Assembly: GCF_016433145.1 (NCBI RefSeq)
Contig: NC_058133.1
Coordinates: 255,958,801 to 256,022,800 of the forward strand
DNA from: Gracilinanus agilis
Lineage: Eukaryota
Length of the DNA stretch: 64,000 bases
Direction: 5' to 3'
Shown: in pieces, positions 12,081 through 23,705 of the stretch
Layout of the letters: each line of letters starts with the position of its first letter
Numbering within the stretch: the first letter of the stretch is position 1
Program-made: the position numbers and the translations under genes
The notes under the pieces: model-generated
Told to the model about the DNA's origin: nothing
Databases searched by the model: none
Seen by the model: the letters and a program-made list of their open reading frames with translations, nothing else

Positions 12081-13933
12081 GAGAATCAGAATGTCATTCT
12101 TTGGTATGATTGTGACACCTCCCTTTCCTCCAATTTTCAGCTTCTTACTGGGCATGTCAGTGTGCTCCAAGCCAGACTCCATCCCCAGTATCTGCAGAGC
12201 TTTCTATTTCCCTGTGCTTACTTGGGCTGGACAAATGACTGACCTTTATTGGCTTTTCCTGTCAGCATTCAGTTTGGTGCATTTTCTAGATCTATTTGGA
12301 GTTTTCTTTTTTTTTGGGGGGGGGGGAAGGGTGGTGGTGATGGCAGGAGCAGAGATCACACTGTACTGCTTCCTTCTACTCCACTATCTTGACTCCAACT
12401 CCCTTAAGCTTATGATTTATAAAGGGGGGGGAAGTAATTGTGATTATATCACAAATGAAAGGGGAATACCTCCCCCCTCCCCACAATCCCACTCTCCACG
12501 TGGGAAAGCAAAGGGATTAATTTTTTTTCTTATGTAAGTACTACTCCTCAGACAACACACAATTGGAGACTTTGAGTGAAAAATGGGATGGGGGATCCTG
12601 GGAAGAGTGGATCCTGGGTTATTTAACTTTCTATATTTGTCTTTGGGTTGGGAACTTGTAATACTTATAGCATCTTCTGTGTTTAGTGTACATAACAGTG
12701 AAAGCAATTGTAATGGTAGGTTTGGCTGTTAATGGGAAGAGGGACCATTCAAGTTCTGGTTTCTGGAACATACAAGGGACTCCCATAGGAGGCTCTGTAT
12801 TCAGGTTATGTGATTCCCAATCGATTGATCATATTAACTATAAAATGTGGAAGCATTGCATTGATCAAGGGATCTAGCTAGAGGGATTGTCCATAACCAC
12901 CAGATTTTTAAAGACATAAAGACAGTTAACATAACACAATAAGCCAGTGCCAATATTTTTCGCTAGCCTTCTTTATGTGAAAAACTAACATTGATTTTGT
13001 ATTTTATATTTGATTTCACTCCAAAATTAGTTCTATTCTGTAATTTTATTTTGTATTTTATTTAATAATCTAAGCCATTTTCTCTAAGTGAAGAAGCTCA
13101 GGAGTTAAAAAATTCAATCTTCCTCTCAAGTTAGATGCAAAAGTTTCATTTTTCCTATTGATCACTTTTAATTAAAGAAAAACTGAGCTAAGTTTAGAAA
13201 TTCAATGCTCTCATAAAATACTTTAATTCAAAGAGAATTGTTGTCCGAACACCACCAACAAATCACTTTATGCCAAGGAAACTTTTATCCCTCCTAATTT
13301 CGCTCCTGAAAAACTCCTGACATCTATGTACTGTCTTTGAAGATCTGCAAGCCGATCTGGTACATTTTCACAAAATACATCCTTGCTGAATTAAAATGGT
13401 CTCATTTCTTTTTAGGAGCCAGAGTCTGCTATCCCTAGTCAATTGTCAATGACCTCAAAATGCAGATGGGTCCTATAAATCAATAAAATATTCCTCTAAG
13501 ATAGAGAAGAGTGGTCATTAGCCCCACATGAGTGTTAGCCCAATTTTCTTAATATAACCAATCATGTTGTCCTCATGGCCATGATGCTGCCAACTCCATA
13601 ACTAATTGTATTATTTTCTCACCTAACCTGTTAGGAGCTGTGCCTCCTCTTCGAGGTTTTTTTGACCTTACTGAGGTAGCCATTTGACCTACTTTATTAA
13701 TAGATTTCATTACTTAATTTAAAATAACACGCTGCTAATAAATTATTATTATGGTTAGAGAAAATATGCCTCAATTTACCTTTGTTGAATTTCACTCATG
13801 ACACTTAGAAGGAAATAGGGAAGAATTCTAAGGATTCATTACTGTATTCTAGGGACTGAGTAGGGAGGGGAGAGAATTGGGCAAGAAAAGAGAAATAAAG
13901 AAAGAGAAATGATAGCAAAAAGAATCATAGTTA

Positions 13934-14136
13934 GTGGGCAGCTGGGTGGCTCAGTGGATTGAGAGCCAAGCCCACAGACGGGGAGGTCCTGGGTTCAAAT
14001 TTGGCCTCAGACACTTCCTACCTGTGTGACCCTGGACAAGTCACTTAAGCCCTATTTCCTTAGCCCTTACCATTCTTCTGCCTTAAAACCAATACACAAT
14101 ATTAATTCTAAGATGGAAGGTAATGGTTAAAAAAAA
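13934..14136 (+). mobile_element. SINE-1
   Basis: TSD AATCATAGTTA at 13923-13933 and 14137-14147. Confidence 0.92.
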
Positions 14137-14829
14137 AATCATAGTTAATTGAAGAGTTTGGGATTAAAGTTAATTAAGGGGGTTAGGATTAAAGGTTCAG
14201 GAATCTAGAGAGGGAAAAAATGAGGGCTTATACAAATAAATTGTTAGAATAAAATTTGTGCAAGTGTTAGACCTATGAAAAAACTTTATTATTTAATTAG
14301 TATTATCTCACACCTCAGCGGGTACAGAGAAGAGGCAAATAATCTGAAGCTGATCCAAGAAAGAAAATATATAAGCAAGTAGTATACACTGATTTTTTTT
14401 TTTAAGAATTCCTTGTATATGGACCAAGGATAGGGTGAAAGCTGTCTTTGAGAGCTATCGTTGACCTATAAGAATACTGTCAGCATCGCAGTCTAGTTGA
14501 TCATACCGTGGGACTTGCAGGATCAGAGGTATGGTTTGTGTGTATACCACGTGACACTGGGACTTTTGTAGTGGCGAGGTCCAAACTGGCTGAAAGCCAG
14601 TGTGATACCAAATCATCCCTCAACGAGATGCAATATTTGAATTGTCCACTAGGTGATGCTCTCCCTAAGCCACCAGGCCAAGAAGCTTAGGTCTCGCGAT
14701 GAAGTGCTACGGTATCGCCCTGGGGATATGACGGGACACGAAGCAGGTAAAAGTGTAGGCTGCTGTTCCCTTACTGTTGTGATGCTAGGTTTCTTGTGGT
14801 GGAATTCAGTAGTTTAAAACCCCAGCCAG

Positions 14830-15080
14830 GATGAAAAATACTGTGTACCTCCAGAGAAAGAACTGATGAACTCTTGAGTGCAGATTGAAACATTTTGGTT
14901 TTCATTTTATTTTTCTTGACTTCTTTTGGCTAATATCGAAATATATTTTGCTTGGCTTCATATATATAATGGGTATCATATTGCTTGCTTTCTCAATGGG
15001 TTGGGGAGAGCCTTAAGGTAAGGAGAGAATTTTGAACTCAAAATTTTAAGAATGTTAAAAATGAGTTAAAAATAAAATTA
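14830..15080 (+). mobile_element. old L1 3' UTR fragment
   Basis: GAGTGCAGATTGAAACA..GGGAGAGAATTTTGAACTCAAAATTTTA followed by an A-rich tail. Confidence 0.6.
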
Positions 15081-15769
15081 AAAAACCCATGCTGGATGGA
15101 TTCAGATTTAACTAGAGGATGACACATAACAGTGTAAAAATTTATCAAAATAATATCTGTGATATATGCAACTCCAGCCTCTAAGGGGGAGAGGTGTACA
15201 TCTAGGACCATTTCTCCAGGTCATGGAGGGGAATACAGGAAGGATTCTGTGAGGGAGATGGACCCCCCCACACTTTAGGCTCACCAATCCATCAGGATTT
15301 GTGATAGTTGACATTTTTAGGTACTGGGGGACCTTCTCTATTCCTCAGATTCTAGTCCTTGACTCCTTTCCAGAGTATAATCACCTCCATAATGCTGGCC
15401 TTGTGGTTCTTTTGAGTACCTGAAGTCATCTCTACTCAGCAACTCCAATCCCAAAGTCAGTTGTTACTCAGCCCAATGGTATTGACTTTCTGCTTCCCAT
15501 GCCCAGCAGGACAACCAGAAATTCTTTGCTTCAAGGACAAGGAATGGAAAAAGAGAACTCAAGACCTGTGTGCCCAAGTATAGGTCCCATCATTTCTCTG
15601 CTGTCTTATATGGCTTCATGCCTTTGGTGAGTACCTGCTCCCCAAAAGTCCTGATCAGTGAAAGGGTGTGGAGGCTATCAGAAATGTTCTTCTAGTTCTA
15701 GCTTTAAACTATCTTCATGTCCCTTTTCTAGGCACAGGGAAAAATTACAATAATTCAGAAAGATAAAGG

Positions 15770-17500
15770 GGGTATAGGAACAGGTTATATGGTATAGTTA
15801 AACAGACTGGAGCTATTTAAATGACCTAATCCCAAAAGTAGTCATTTACCATGTTAACTTGGAAGGAGGTTTTTTTATGGAGTTCCTCAAGGATCTGGCC
15901 TTATCAATAAATGATGAAGGCATATGTGAAGCGGACAAAGGCCCCACTGGTCTTTGAAAGTTTTTAAAAAGCATTTTTAAAGTGTCTTAGTCTGAAGCCT
16001 TTGGACTAATTGGAAAGAGAAACCCTTGTCTTTCTGTAGCTTAATTATCAACTTCAAAACAGTGTCCTGCTTCCTTCTTTCTAGATAAGCCCAGGAAAGA
16101 CTTTTCTCTTGAAGTAATGAGGGCAATGACCCTACAGGGACAGGAGTGGCCTCCTTCCCACTGCCCAGAAGGGATTTGAATAATGATCCATCTAAGAAAA
16201 AATATTTATTTGGTAACTTCGGGTCATTTGTGATTGGCTAGAGGAAAAGAACCTTTAAGGAAAATAATCTTAGAAATAGTTTAGAAAAATAAGTCTCCAA
16301 GATTAAATGACTTGTTCTCTATTGATAAAGCAAAATGTTAACTTTTACCTTACCCTTAATTGTGTGTGAAATTTTACTTGTTCCAGATTTCCATAAATCT
16401 TACTTCAAAAATGTCTTATGAGGGTCAATTGAATGGCTCAGTGGCTAGAGAACCAGGCCTAGAGATGGGAGGTTCTGGATTCAAATTTGGCCTCAGATAC
16501 TTCCTAGCTGTGTGACCCTCAGCATGTCACTTAACCCCAGTTGCCTAACACTTGCCACTCTTCTGCCTTGGAACCAGTATTTAGTATTGATTCCAAGATG
16601 GAAGGTAAGTGTTTGAAAAAAATGTCTTTGTGTTAGAGAGAAGTCCAAGAATATGAAGAGATTGCTAGCTTGAATGGTTTTCTCTTGAGTAGAACAAAAA
16701 TTATATTTAAAATAATGATAATTTACTAAAAATTCTGGTTCCGTATCTGCAACACAGAATAATATTAATATTTTTCTTTGACATAGAAAAGGCATGTCTG
16801 TCAAATTTGTCATAATTATGAAGTTAGGAGGTATATAATATGTTGACTGACAGCAATAGTACCCCCAAGAGATGTCAACAGGTTAGAATGATGAGCTAAA
16901 TATAAGCTGAAATTGAATAGAGATGTAAAGTATAAAGTTCTGCTTTAAATTTTAAAATTGTTTTTGAGAATGAACCTCTGAAATACTTTTAGAACAAAAT
17001 TTATTGGGGACAGAGGGAGAGATCTGTAAAGGAGTGGCTACCTCACACAAGTGTTTTTGAGGTTATATGAGGACATTGGCCTGATTGACCTCAAATGGAC
17101 AGGATATAGTCTCCAGAGGAAGGGCAGTTTCAGATGTGTATCAAGAGATAAAACAATCTAATTTGGAGCACCCAAAACACAAGCTTTGAATGGGCCCAAA
17201 ACAAAACCTGAGAGGATGCAAAACAAGAGCTGGGTGAGATCTAAGCAGATTTCATCCAGCTTCCCTAAAACATCTTTGAGGTCAGCCCAACCTCTATAGT
17301 AAGTTTTTTTGGTTCAGACAATTTTCTAGCCATAAAAACCTAGATTCAAAGAATATGAATAAATGATAAATAATAGTCCACAAAATCAACCTCACAAATA
17401 AAAGATGAAGATAGATAAAGAGCTGAAGAAGATCTCGGGATCACAGTGAACTGCAAGAGCAATACAAACACAATCTATTAACAGGTGGTGCACAAAACCC
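15770..17500 (+). mobile_element. L3/CR1 fragments (discontinuous)
   Basis: GGAGTTCCTCAAGGATC (GVPQG motif) at ~15879. Sequence at ~16875-16950 resembles the CR1 'RLE.WA..N.MKFN..KCKVL' region. Confidence 0.55.
16418..16617 (+). mobile_element. SINE-1
   Basis: TSD AAAAATGTCTT at 16407-16417 and 16618-16628. Confidence 0.9.
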
Positions 17501-18480
17501 CTCTACCTTGGTAAGTTCTGCAAGACTATCTTGGTAAAGATATTCCTAGAATATCTTTAAAAGAAAAAAAAAGAGTGGTTACATCCTGCAAAAGGAATCA
17601 GAATAGGATTTCACTGAAATTACTCTAATAACTAAGAGGGAACAGTATGGTACAATGAAAAAATACTAAATTTAGAATCAGACACCTTGGGGTCAAAAGG
17701 ACAGGATTCCTGGATGCCAGGTATAGTAGCTCCCATTCACACTTCAGTAGGTAGTTATTTTTATAGGGGCCATTCCTGCCGCCTCATGACAGACCAGTTG
17801 TAGTAGTCACTCCTTTTCTTTCAGTGCTGGAAACATGGCCTTACATAATTAATATTCATTCTGGTTACCCCATTCCCTTGTTTAACTTTCACCATTGAAG
17901 GCTTTAGGCAGAAATTGATTTTTTTCTGCAGAATGACAGGGAAGATTGTCCCTGCTCAAGTTATCATCTTCCCAGGTCATCCACTGTAAAACTGAGCCAA
18001 TAACTTGGCTTTGCTTGAATATTATCATATTTGTCTCATATTAGTAATAATTGAATATTAAACCTCATAGAAGGATATAATGGACTGTTCAAACAAAATT
18101 TGACTGCCTCATGGCCTCCACCTCTCTGAAAGAATAAGGTTTTTGTCCCACTAAAGGAGTTCCTCACTTGAACACTAGATGTTTTTATGACTTCTGCCCT
18201 TCAGATAAGAATATACCCATATCTCTCCTGAAACCTCCCATGGCTGCCCTTCTTCCTTCCCCTCTTGCTTAAGAACTTTGCCTTATTTTTACAGAAAAAA
18301 TTTAGGCTATTGCTGTGACCAACCTCTTCTCTCCTCTTCCTCATATCACTCATATACTTTCTGCCATTATCTCTTCCTTCACACACCTGTCTCACATGAT
18401 GAGGTGGACTTATTCCTTAACAAGGCTAATTTCTCTACCTGCTCAAATGATCCTATTCCATTTCTTTAAATTCCAACAGA

Positions 18481-18481
<1 letters not shown>

Positions 18482-18514
<33 letters not shown>
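18482..18514. repeat. (CA)n microsatellite
   Basis: About 16 uninterrupted CA units. Confidence 0.95.
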
Positions 18515-18516
<2 letters not shown>

Positions 18517-18559
18517 CCACACCCCTGCCATCCCCACTCTGTCACTTTTTTCTTAAAAA

Positions 18560-18757
18560 ACAAAAAACACCTTACCATGTTCTAGGATTGATACTAAGTA
18601 TGAGTTCTAAAGCAGAAGAGTGATACGGGCTAGGCAAATGGAGTTAAGTAACTTGCTCAGGATAACACAGCTAGGAAGTATCTGAGGTTAGATTTGCATC
18701 CAGGACCTTCCATCTCCAGGCCTAGCTCTCCATCCTCTAAACCACCTGGCTGCCCCT
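18560..18757 (-). mobile_element. SINE-1 antisense
   Basis: Reverse complement of the SINE-1 head and body. Confidence 0.88.
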
Positions 18758-18960
18758 CTGTCACTTATTTTCAGTCTCTCAATGTTTGCAGACTCATTCC
18801 CTACTGCCTCCAAATATACTGTCTCCCCCATCCTAAGACAACCTTCACTCTGTCCTTACATCCCTACTAGCTATGGTCCTGTACCCATCCTGCTCTTTGT
18901 GGCTAAACTTCCTAAGTTCACATCTATGATAGATGCCTCCATTTTCTCTCCTTTTACACT

Positions 18961-19133
18961 TTTTTTTTTTTGTTGTTTTGTTTTGTTTTTTTAAACCCTT
19001 GTACTTCGGTGTATTGTCTCATAGGTGGAAGATTGGTAAGGGTGGGCAATGGGGGTCAAGTGACTTGCCCAGGGTCACACAGCTGGGAAGTGGCTGAGGC
19101 CAGGTTTGAACCTAGGACCTCCTGTCTCTAGGC
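18961..19133 (-). mobile_element. 5'-truncated young SINE-1
   Basis: TSD CTCCTTTTACACT at 18948-18960 and 19134-19146. Nearly identical to the copy at 52588-52769. Confidence 0.92.
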
Positions 19134-20974
19134 CTCCTTTTACACTCTTCTTAACTCTTACAATATGGCTCCTAACCTTATTTCACTGAAATTGCACTCT
19201 CCAAAATTACCATCTCTTAGTTGCCAAATTCAATGACCTTTTATCTATCTTCATTCTCCTTGACCTCTTTGCAGCCTTTAATACTTGATCACCTTCTCCT
19301 CCATTATCTTTTCTCTCAAGATCTTTGAAGCACCACTCTCTTGCTACCTATCTGAATTCTCCTCAGTCTCCTTTGCTGGATATTCTTTTAACCTTCAATC
19401 TTGTGTCTCCAAATTCCCTTTCACTAATCTTGAATTGGATGTCCAGTAGACAAACTGAATTCAACATGCCCAAAATGGAACTCATCTTTTCCAATAAATT
19501 CTTCCTGCTGCCCAACTTCCCTGTTTCTGTTGAAGGCATGACCATCCTCCCAGTTCTTCAGGCTCACAACCTAGGAGTCATTCTAGACTCTTCACAAGCT
19601 TTCATCCCTCACATCCAGTCTGTTTCCAGAATTTCAATGTTGTCAGATTTCACTTTTGCAATGTTTCTTGAATATGCCACCTCTCTCCTGACCCAGCCAA
19701 TACCCTTATGCAGATTTTTATCACTTTACATCTGAATTATTGGATAGCCTATAGGTGGGTCTGCCTGCCTCAAGTTTCTCCCCACTCAAATCAGTTCTCC
19801 ATTCAGTTATTTTCCCAAAACACAAGCCTGACCATGTTATCCTCTTACTCAGTCAACTCATGGCTCCCTATTACCTCAAGGGTCAAATAAAAAATCTTCT
19901 GTTTGGCATTCAAAGCTCTTCATAACCTATTACTGTCCTACCCTCCATTCTTCTCATACTTTCCTCCTTTCTATGTTCTCTTTGGTCTAGTGAACCTGAT
20001 CTCCTAGCTCAGTGATGGTGAGTGAACCTTTTAGAGACTGTGTGCCATGCCTTGCCTCCTACCCCCACCCCCAGAGACCACATGCCATGCCCCACCCTTC
20101 CTCCAGAGCAAATGTCAAGCCCACCCTGCTAACTCCCTCTCCCCCACACCTTATCTCACATATGGGAAGGAGGAAGCTCTCCCATTGGGCTGCTGGGTAG
20201 TGGGACAGGTAATGTGAAAAAATGTCAGGTATGATGGAGAACAGGAAAGGAGTTGCTCCACTCGAATCCCTCTGCACTTTTACTAACAAACTTTGACAGG
20301 GGATGGCACATGTGCCCACAGAGAGCATTCTGCATGCCCTCTTTAGCATGTGTACCTTAGGTTCGCCATCATTGTCCTAGCTGTTCCATGAACAAAACTT
20401 TACCTTTCAGTTCTGGACCGTCTCCCATGCCTGGAATGTTCTCCCTCTTTATCTCAACCTTCTGGCTTCCAGTACAACCCAACTAAAATCCCATCTTCTA
20501 GAGGAAGCCTTTCCCAACACCTCTTAATTCTAGTGCTTTCCCCGTTGTTTCCTATTTTTTCCTGTATAATTGGTGTTGTATACATCTTTCCATGTTGTCT
20601 CCTCAAATAACTCATAAGCTCCCTGAAGGCAGGGACTGTCTTTTGCCTCTTTTTGTATCCCCAGAGCTTAGTGCCTGGCACATGGTAGGCATTTAATAAA
20701 CATTTATTGATTGATAGGAAATGAGGAGAAATGAGGAAGGAAATTGGAGAGAATTCCTGCTCACCTCTTTAAAACAAATTGAGAACCAATATACTCTGGC
20801 AACTGTAGCAGATGGGAGAACACCAAGACCCTTAAGGGATACCCACAAACAGGAGATTCAATGGCCCAACTAATCACCTTATGCTTATAGATTATGAAGT
20901 CTAGCATCCTTATTAGCCCCAAGGATCACAAGCCTTGGAAAAGTAATTGATCTAAACTGAATTGGAATGATCAT

Positions 20975-21210
20975 AGGTGGGGCCATAGTGCACACTGTGC
21001 TGGGCCTATGGGCAGAGAGAACTGAGTTTAAACCCAGCCTCAAGACGCTTACTAGTTATGTGACCCTTGGGCAAATCATTTAACCTAATTACCTGTTTCC
21101 TCATCTGTAAAACTGGGATCATAATAGCACTTTTCTCCTAGGATTGTTGCAAGGATCAAATGAAATATTTGTAAAAGTATAACACAGTACCCAACACATA
21201 GTAAATGTAT
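20975..21210 (+). mobile_element. MIR/CORE SINE
   Basis: CORE motif TTTCCTCATCTGTAAAACTGGGATCATAATAG. Confidence 0.8.
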
Positions 21211-21484
21211 GTAAGTGTATTATATCTCTGTTCAGAATAGAGAAATCTATTATCCATAAGAGCTAAAATGCTTCAAAAAAACCTAATTGGTTTGGGCTGA
21301 GCTGAACATTATTGTAATTTTGTAACCAAAAAAATTTTAGGGATTTGAAAGGAAATGGTAATAAACAATAGGTTGTCTACAGAAAAAGAATTGGACATAG
21401 AAGTCTCACAAAGCTTTTCATCCTGCATCCTTACATTCTTCAAACTTAGCAACTAAAAATATAAAAGGGGGAAAATCTTATTTT

Positions 21485-21610
21485 AGGGACATTTTTAAGC
21501 TGGAAAGTGTCCAGAGAAAGGTAACCAGAATGTTGAAGGGCCTTGAAATCAATGACAGAAATCAGGTTGTTTAGCTTGAAGACTCAAGCAGATATATGAT
21601 GGTTGTCTGA
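21485..21610 (+). mobile_element. L3/CR1 fragment
   Basis: AAGCTGGAAAGTGTCCAGAGAAAGGTAACCAGAATG reads KLESVQRKVTRM, a CR1 motif. Confidence 0.65.
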
Positions 21611-21699
21611 TTGAAAAAAGGATCAATAAGTTGATTTAAAAAAAAAGAATTATGTTCAAAGGGCTATAGACAAGAGCACTGATTTAATATTAATGGAGC

Positions 21700-21960
21700 T
21701 GCAAATTGGTCTAACCTTTCTAGAAACCTTTGAAATTATGTTAGGAAAAACAGTAACCTCATGCCCTCTGACTTAGCAATCTTAATGTTGAACATATCCC
21801 CCAAGAGGAAAAAGTCAGAAAGGCCCTATACACAAAGTATTTGTGGCAGCAGAAAACTGGAAACAAAGTAGTTGCCTATCCCCTAGGGAATGGCTGAGCA
21901 AATTGTGGCATGTGATTATAATGCTACTTATGCCATAAGAAATTTTGCAACTAAATTCAG
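21700..21960 (+). mobile_element. old L1 ORF2 3' fragment
   Basis: CTGGAAACAAAGTAGTTGCCTATC..GGAATGGCTGAGCAAATTGTGG. Confidence 0.65.
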
Positions 21961-22214
21961 TACTGATAAGAAAGGAAATTGTGGACTAGAAAAAAATCTT
22001 TGGATAAAATGTTGCTTATAAAGACTATGGTATACAAAATACACAAGAAATTTAACACTCTCAAACCAGACATCTGTGAATAATAAGGGGTCAAAGAATA
22101 TAAATAAGCAGTTCAGGTCACAGAAGAATTGGTTGTTACCAAATGAAAGATTTTTTTCAAATTACTAATAATGTGAAATGCAAAATAAAACAATACCTAG
22201 CATTTATATAGCTT

Positions 22215-22375
22215 AAAAAACCCTTATCTTTCGTCTTAGAATGCTCAGTATAGGTTCCAAGGAAGAGTGGTAAAGGCTAGGCAACTGGGATTAAGTGACT
22301 TGCCCAAGGTTACATAATTAGTATCTGATGTCACTTTTGAATCCAGAACCTCCCATCTCCAGACCTGGCTCTCTA
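22215..22375 (-). mobile_element. SINE-1 antisense (partial)
   Basis: Reverse complement of SINE-1 tail and body. Confidence 0.8.
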
Positions 22376-23309
22376 TTATAGGTCAGGTAGTATACGTTTG
22401 AAGCCCCAAAATATCGGATCCTGCCAAATTCCTTGGATGTGTTTGTTGTGCCTTGTCTTATATGCTGTATTTATACTGCAAAGAAAAATACTTGTAGATA
22501 CCTATCTATAAACTGGATATCACTCACTCACCAGTTCCAAGAGCTGAGAAGCTGGAAGGGCATAAGTCTCATAATAGTCCAGCAGATTTTAAAGTTGGGG
22601 AGCAATATTGAATCAGCTCCAGGGCTTGTCTTTTTTTTTTTCCATTTAAAGCAATCTGCACATTTATTCTTTATTAGTATCGACAGTTTTAGACACCACA
22701 AATGCTTCCCAAAAAACAACCCCCACAGTGATTGCACAATTCCACGTAATAGTGATTATGACTGATAGTACATGCCACTTTTTCAGTTTATCCATTATTT
22801 ACAGAAGTGTGCTTTAATAGCTTGATACCAACTTTATCCATTGCATTCAACCTGAGTTTTGTCTCTTAGTGTTGTCTTTAATTACATTCTATTAACCATT
22901 GTGTATTATTTTTTGTCTGCCTTCAAGTTACTTCTTCTAAGTTTAGCTTCTTAAGGGACCTAGGTTGCAAATGGTGAGAACTGAGGAGCTGGCATAGAGT
23001 GGTGGACTAGATGGAATATCTGACAGAAGACTCAGCTGGTTCAAGCAGGGTACGAACATTTCAGAAGGTCTCTGAAAGGATTGGACATGAAGGAAGCAAA
23101 TAACCATGAGACTTGATTTGTGGTTTCCAAGGATTTCAGACTAAAGCTGTCTCAGAAAAGGAAGGTGGAGGAACTATTCTTTCCCCATGTCCTTCAACTT
23201 GAGCCCCCTCCAGCTTACTCACAATGATTTGTCACGTAGGTTGAGTATAACTGTCAGGACTATGAATGATTTGGCAGGAGGAAAAGCACATTCACTCTCT
23301 GTTCCTGGA

Positions 23310-23705
23310 AAAACTTCAGGAGTATCACCAGCCCCCCAAAAGATCAAACTCTCTTCCCTTGCTTTTGAGGGCTTCCATGGTCTGGTGCCACCCTGCCTTT
23401 GAAGCCATTTCTCATACTCCATGATCTCTGCTTTAGCCTAGCCTATACCTTGCTCTATTTGTTAAGAGTTTCCTATTCTGAAATTGCCTTCTCTACCTTC
23501 CTGTTTTTTATCTCTCTAGAAGTGCAAAATGGGTTACTTCCAGATAAGGAAGAGAAAGGAGATATAATAACATTCAGGTGCAGTTACCTTATTTCTGTCC
23601 TAGACCACAAGCTCCAAGAGAACAGAAGCCATCCCTGATTTAGCTAGATCTGTACTAGTGCTTGGCACAAAACTCAGCAAATAACAGGCACTTAATATTT
23701 AATGA
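23310..23705 (+). mobile_element. L2 3' fragment
   Basis: L2-like terminus (ACAAGCTCCAAGAGAACAG..TGCTTGGCACA..AGGCACTTAATA). Confidence 0.55.

Larger units (their letters stand above)
18100..20712 (+). mobile_element. L2 LINE 3' portion with nested SINEs
   Basis: ORF 19325-19735 reads WMSSRQTEFNMPKMELI..ILPVLQAHNLGVILDSS, an L2 RT C-terminus. An L2 3' terminus (GTAGGCATTTAATAAACATTTATTGATTGA) lies at ~20685-20712. Confidence 0.85.

Noticed and set aside
14274-14410. TATGAAAAAACT and (minus) CTTAAAAAAAA resembling mononegavirus gene-end signals
   Set aside because: They are on opposite strands, and such A-runs are common in this AT-rich genome.
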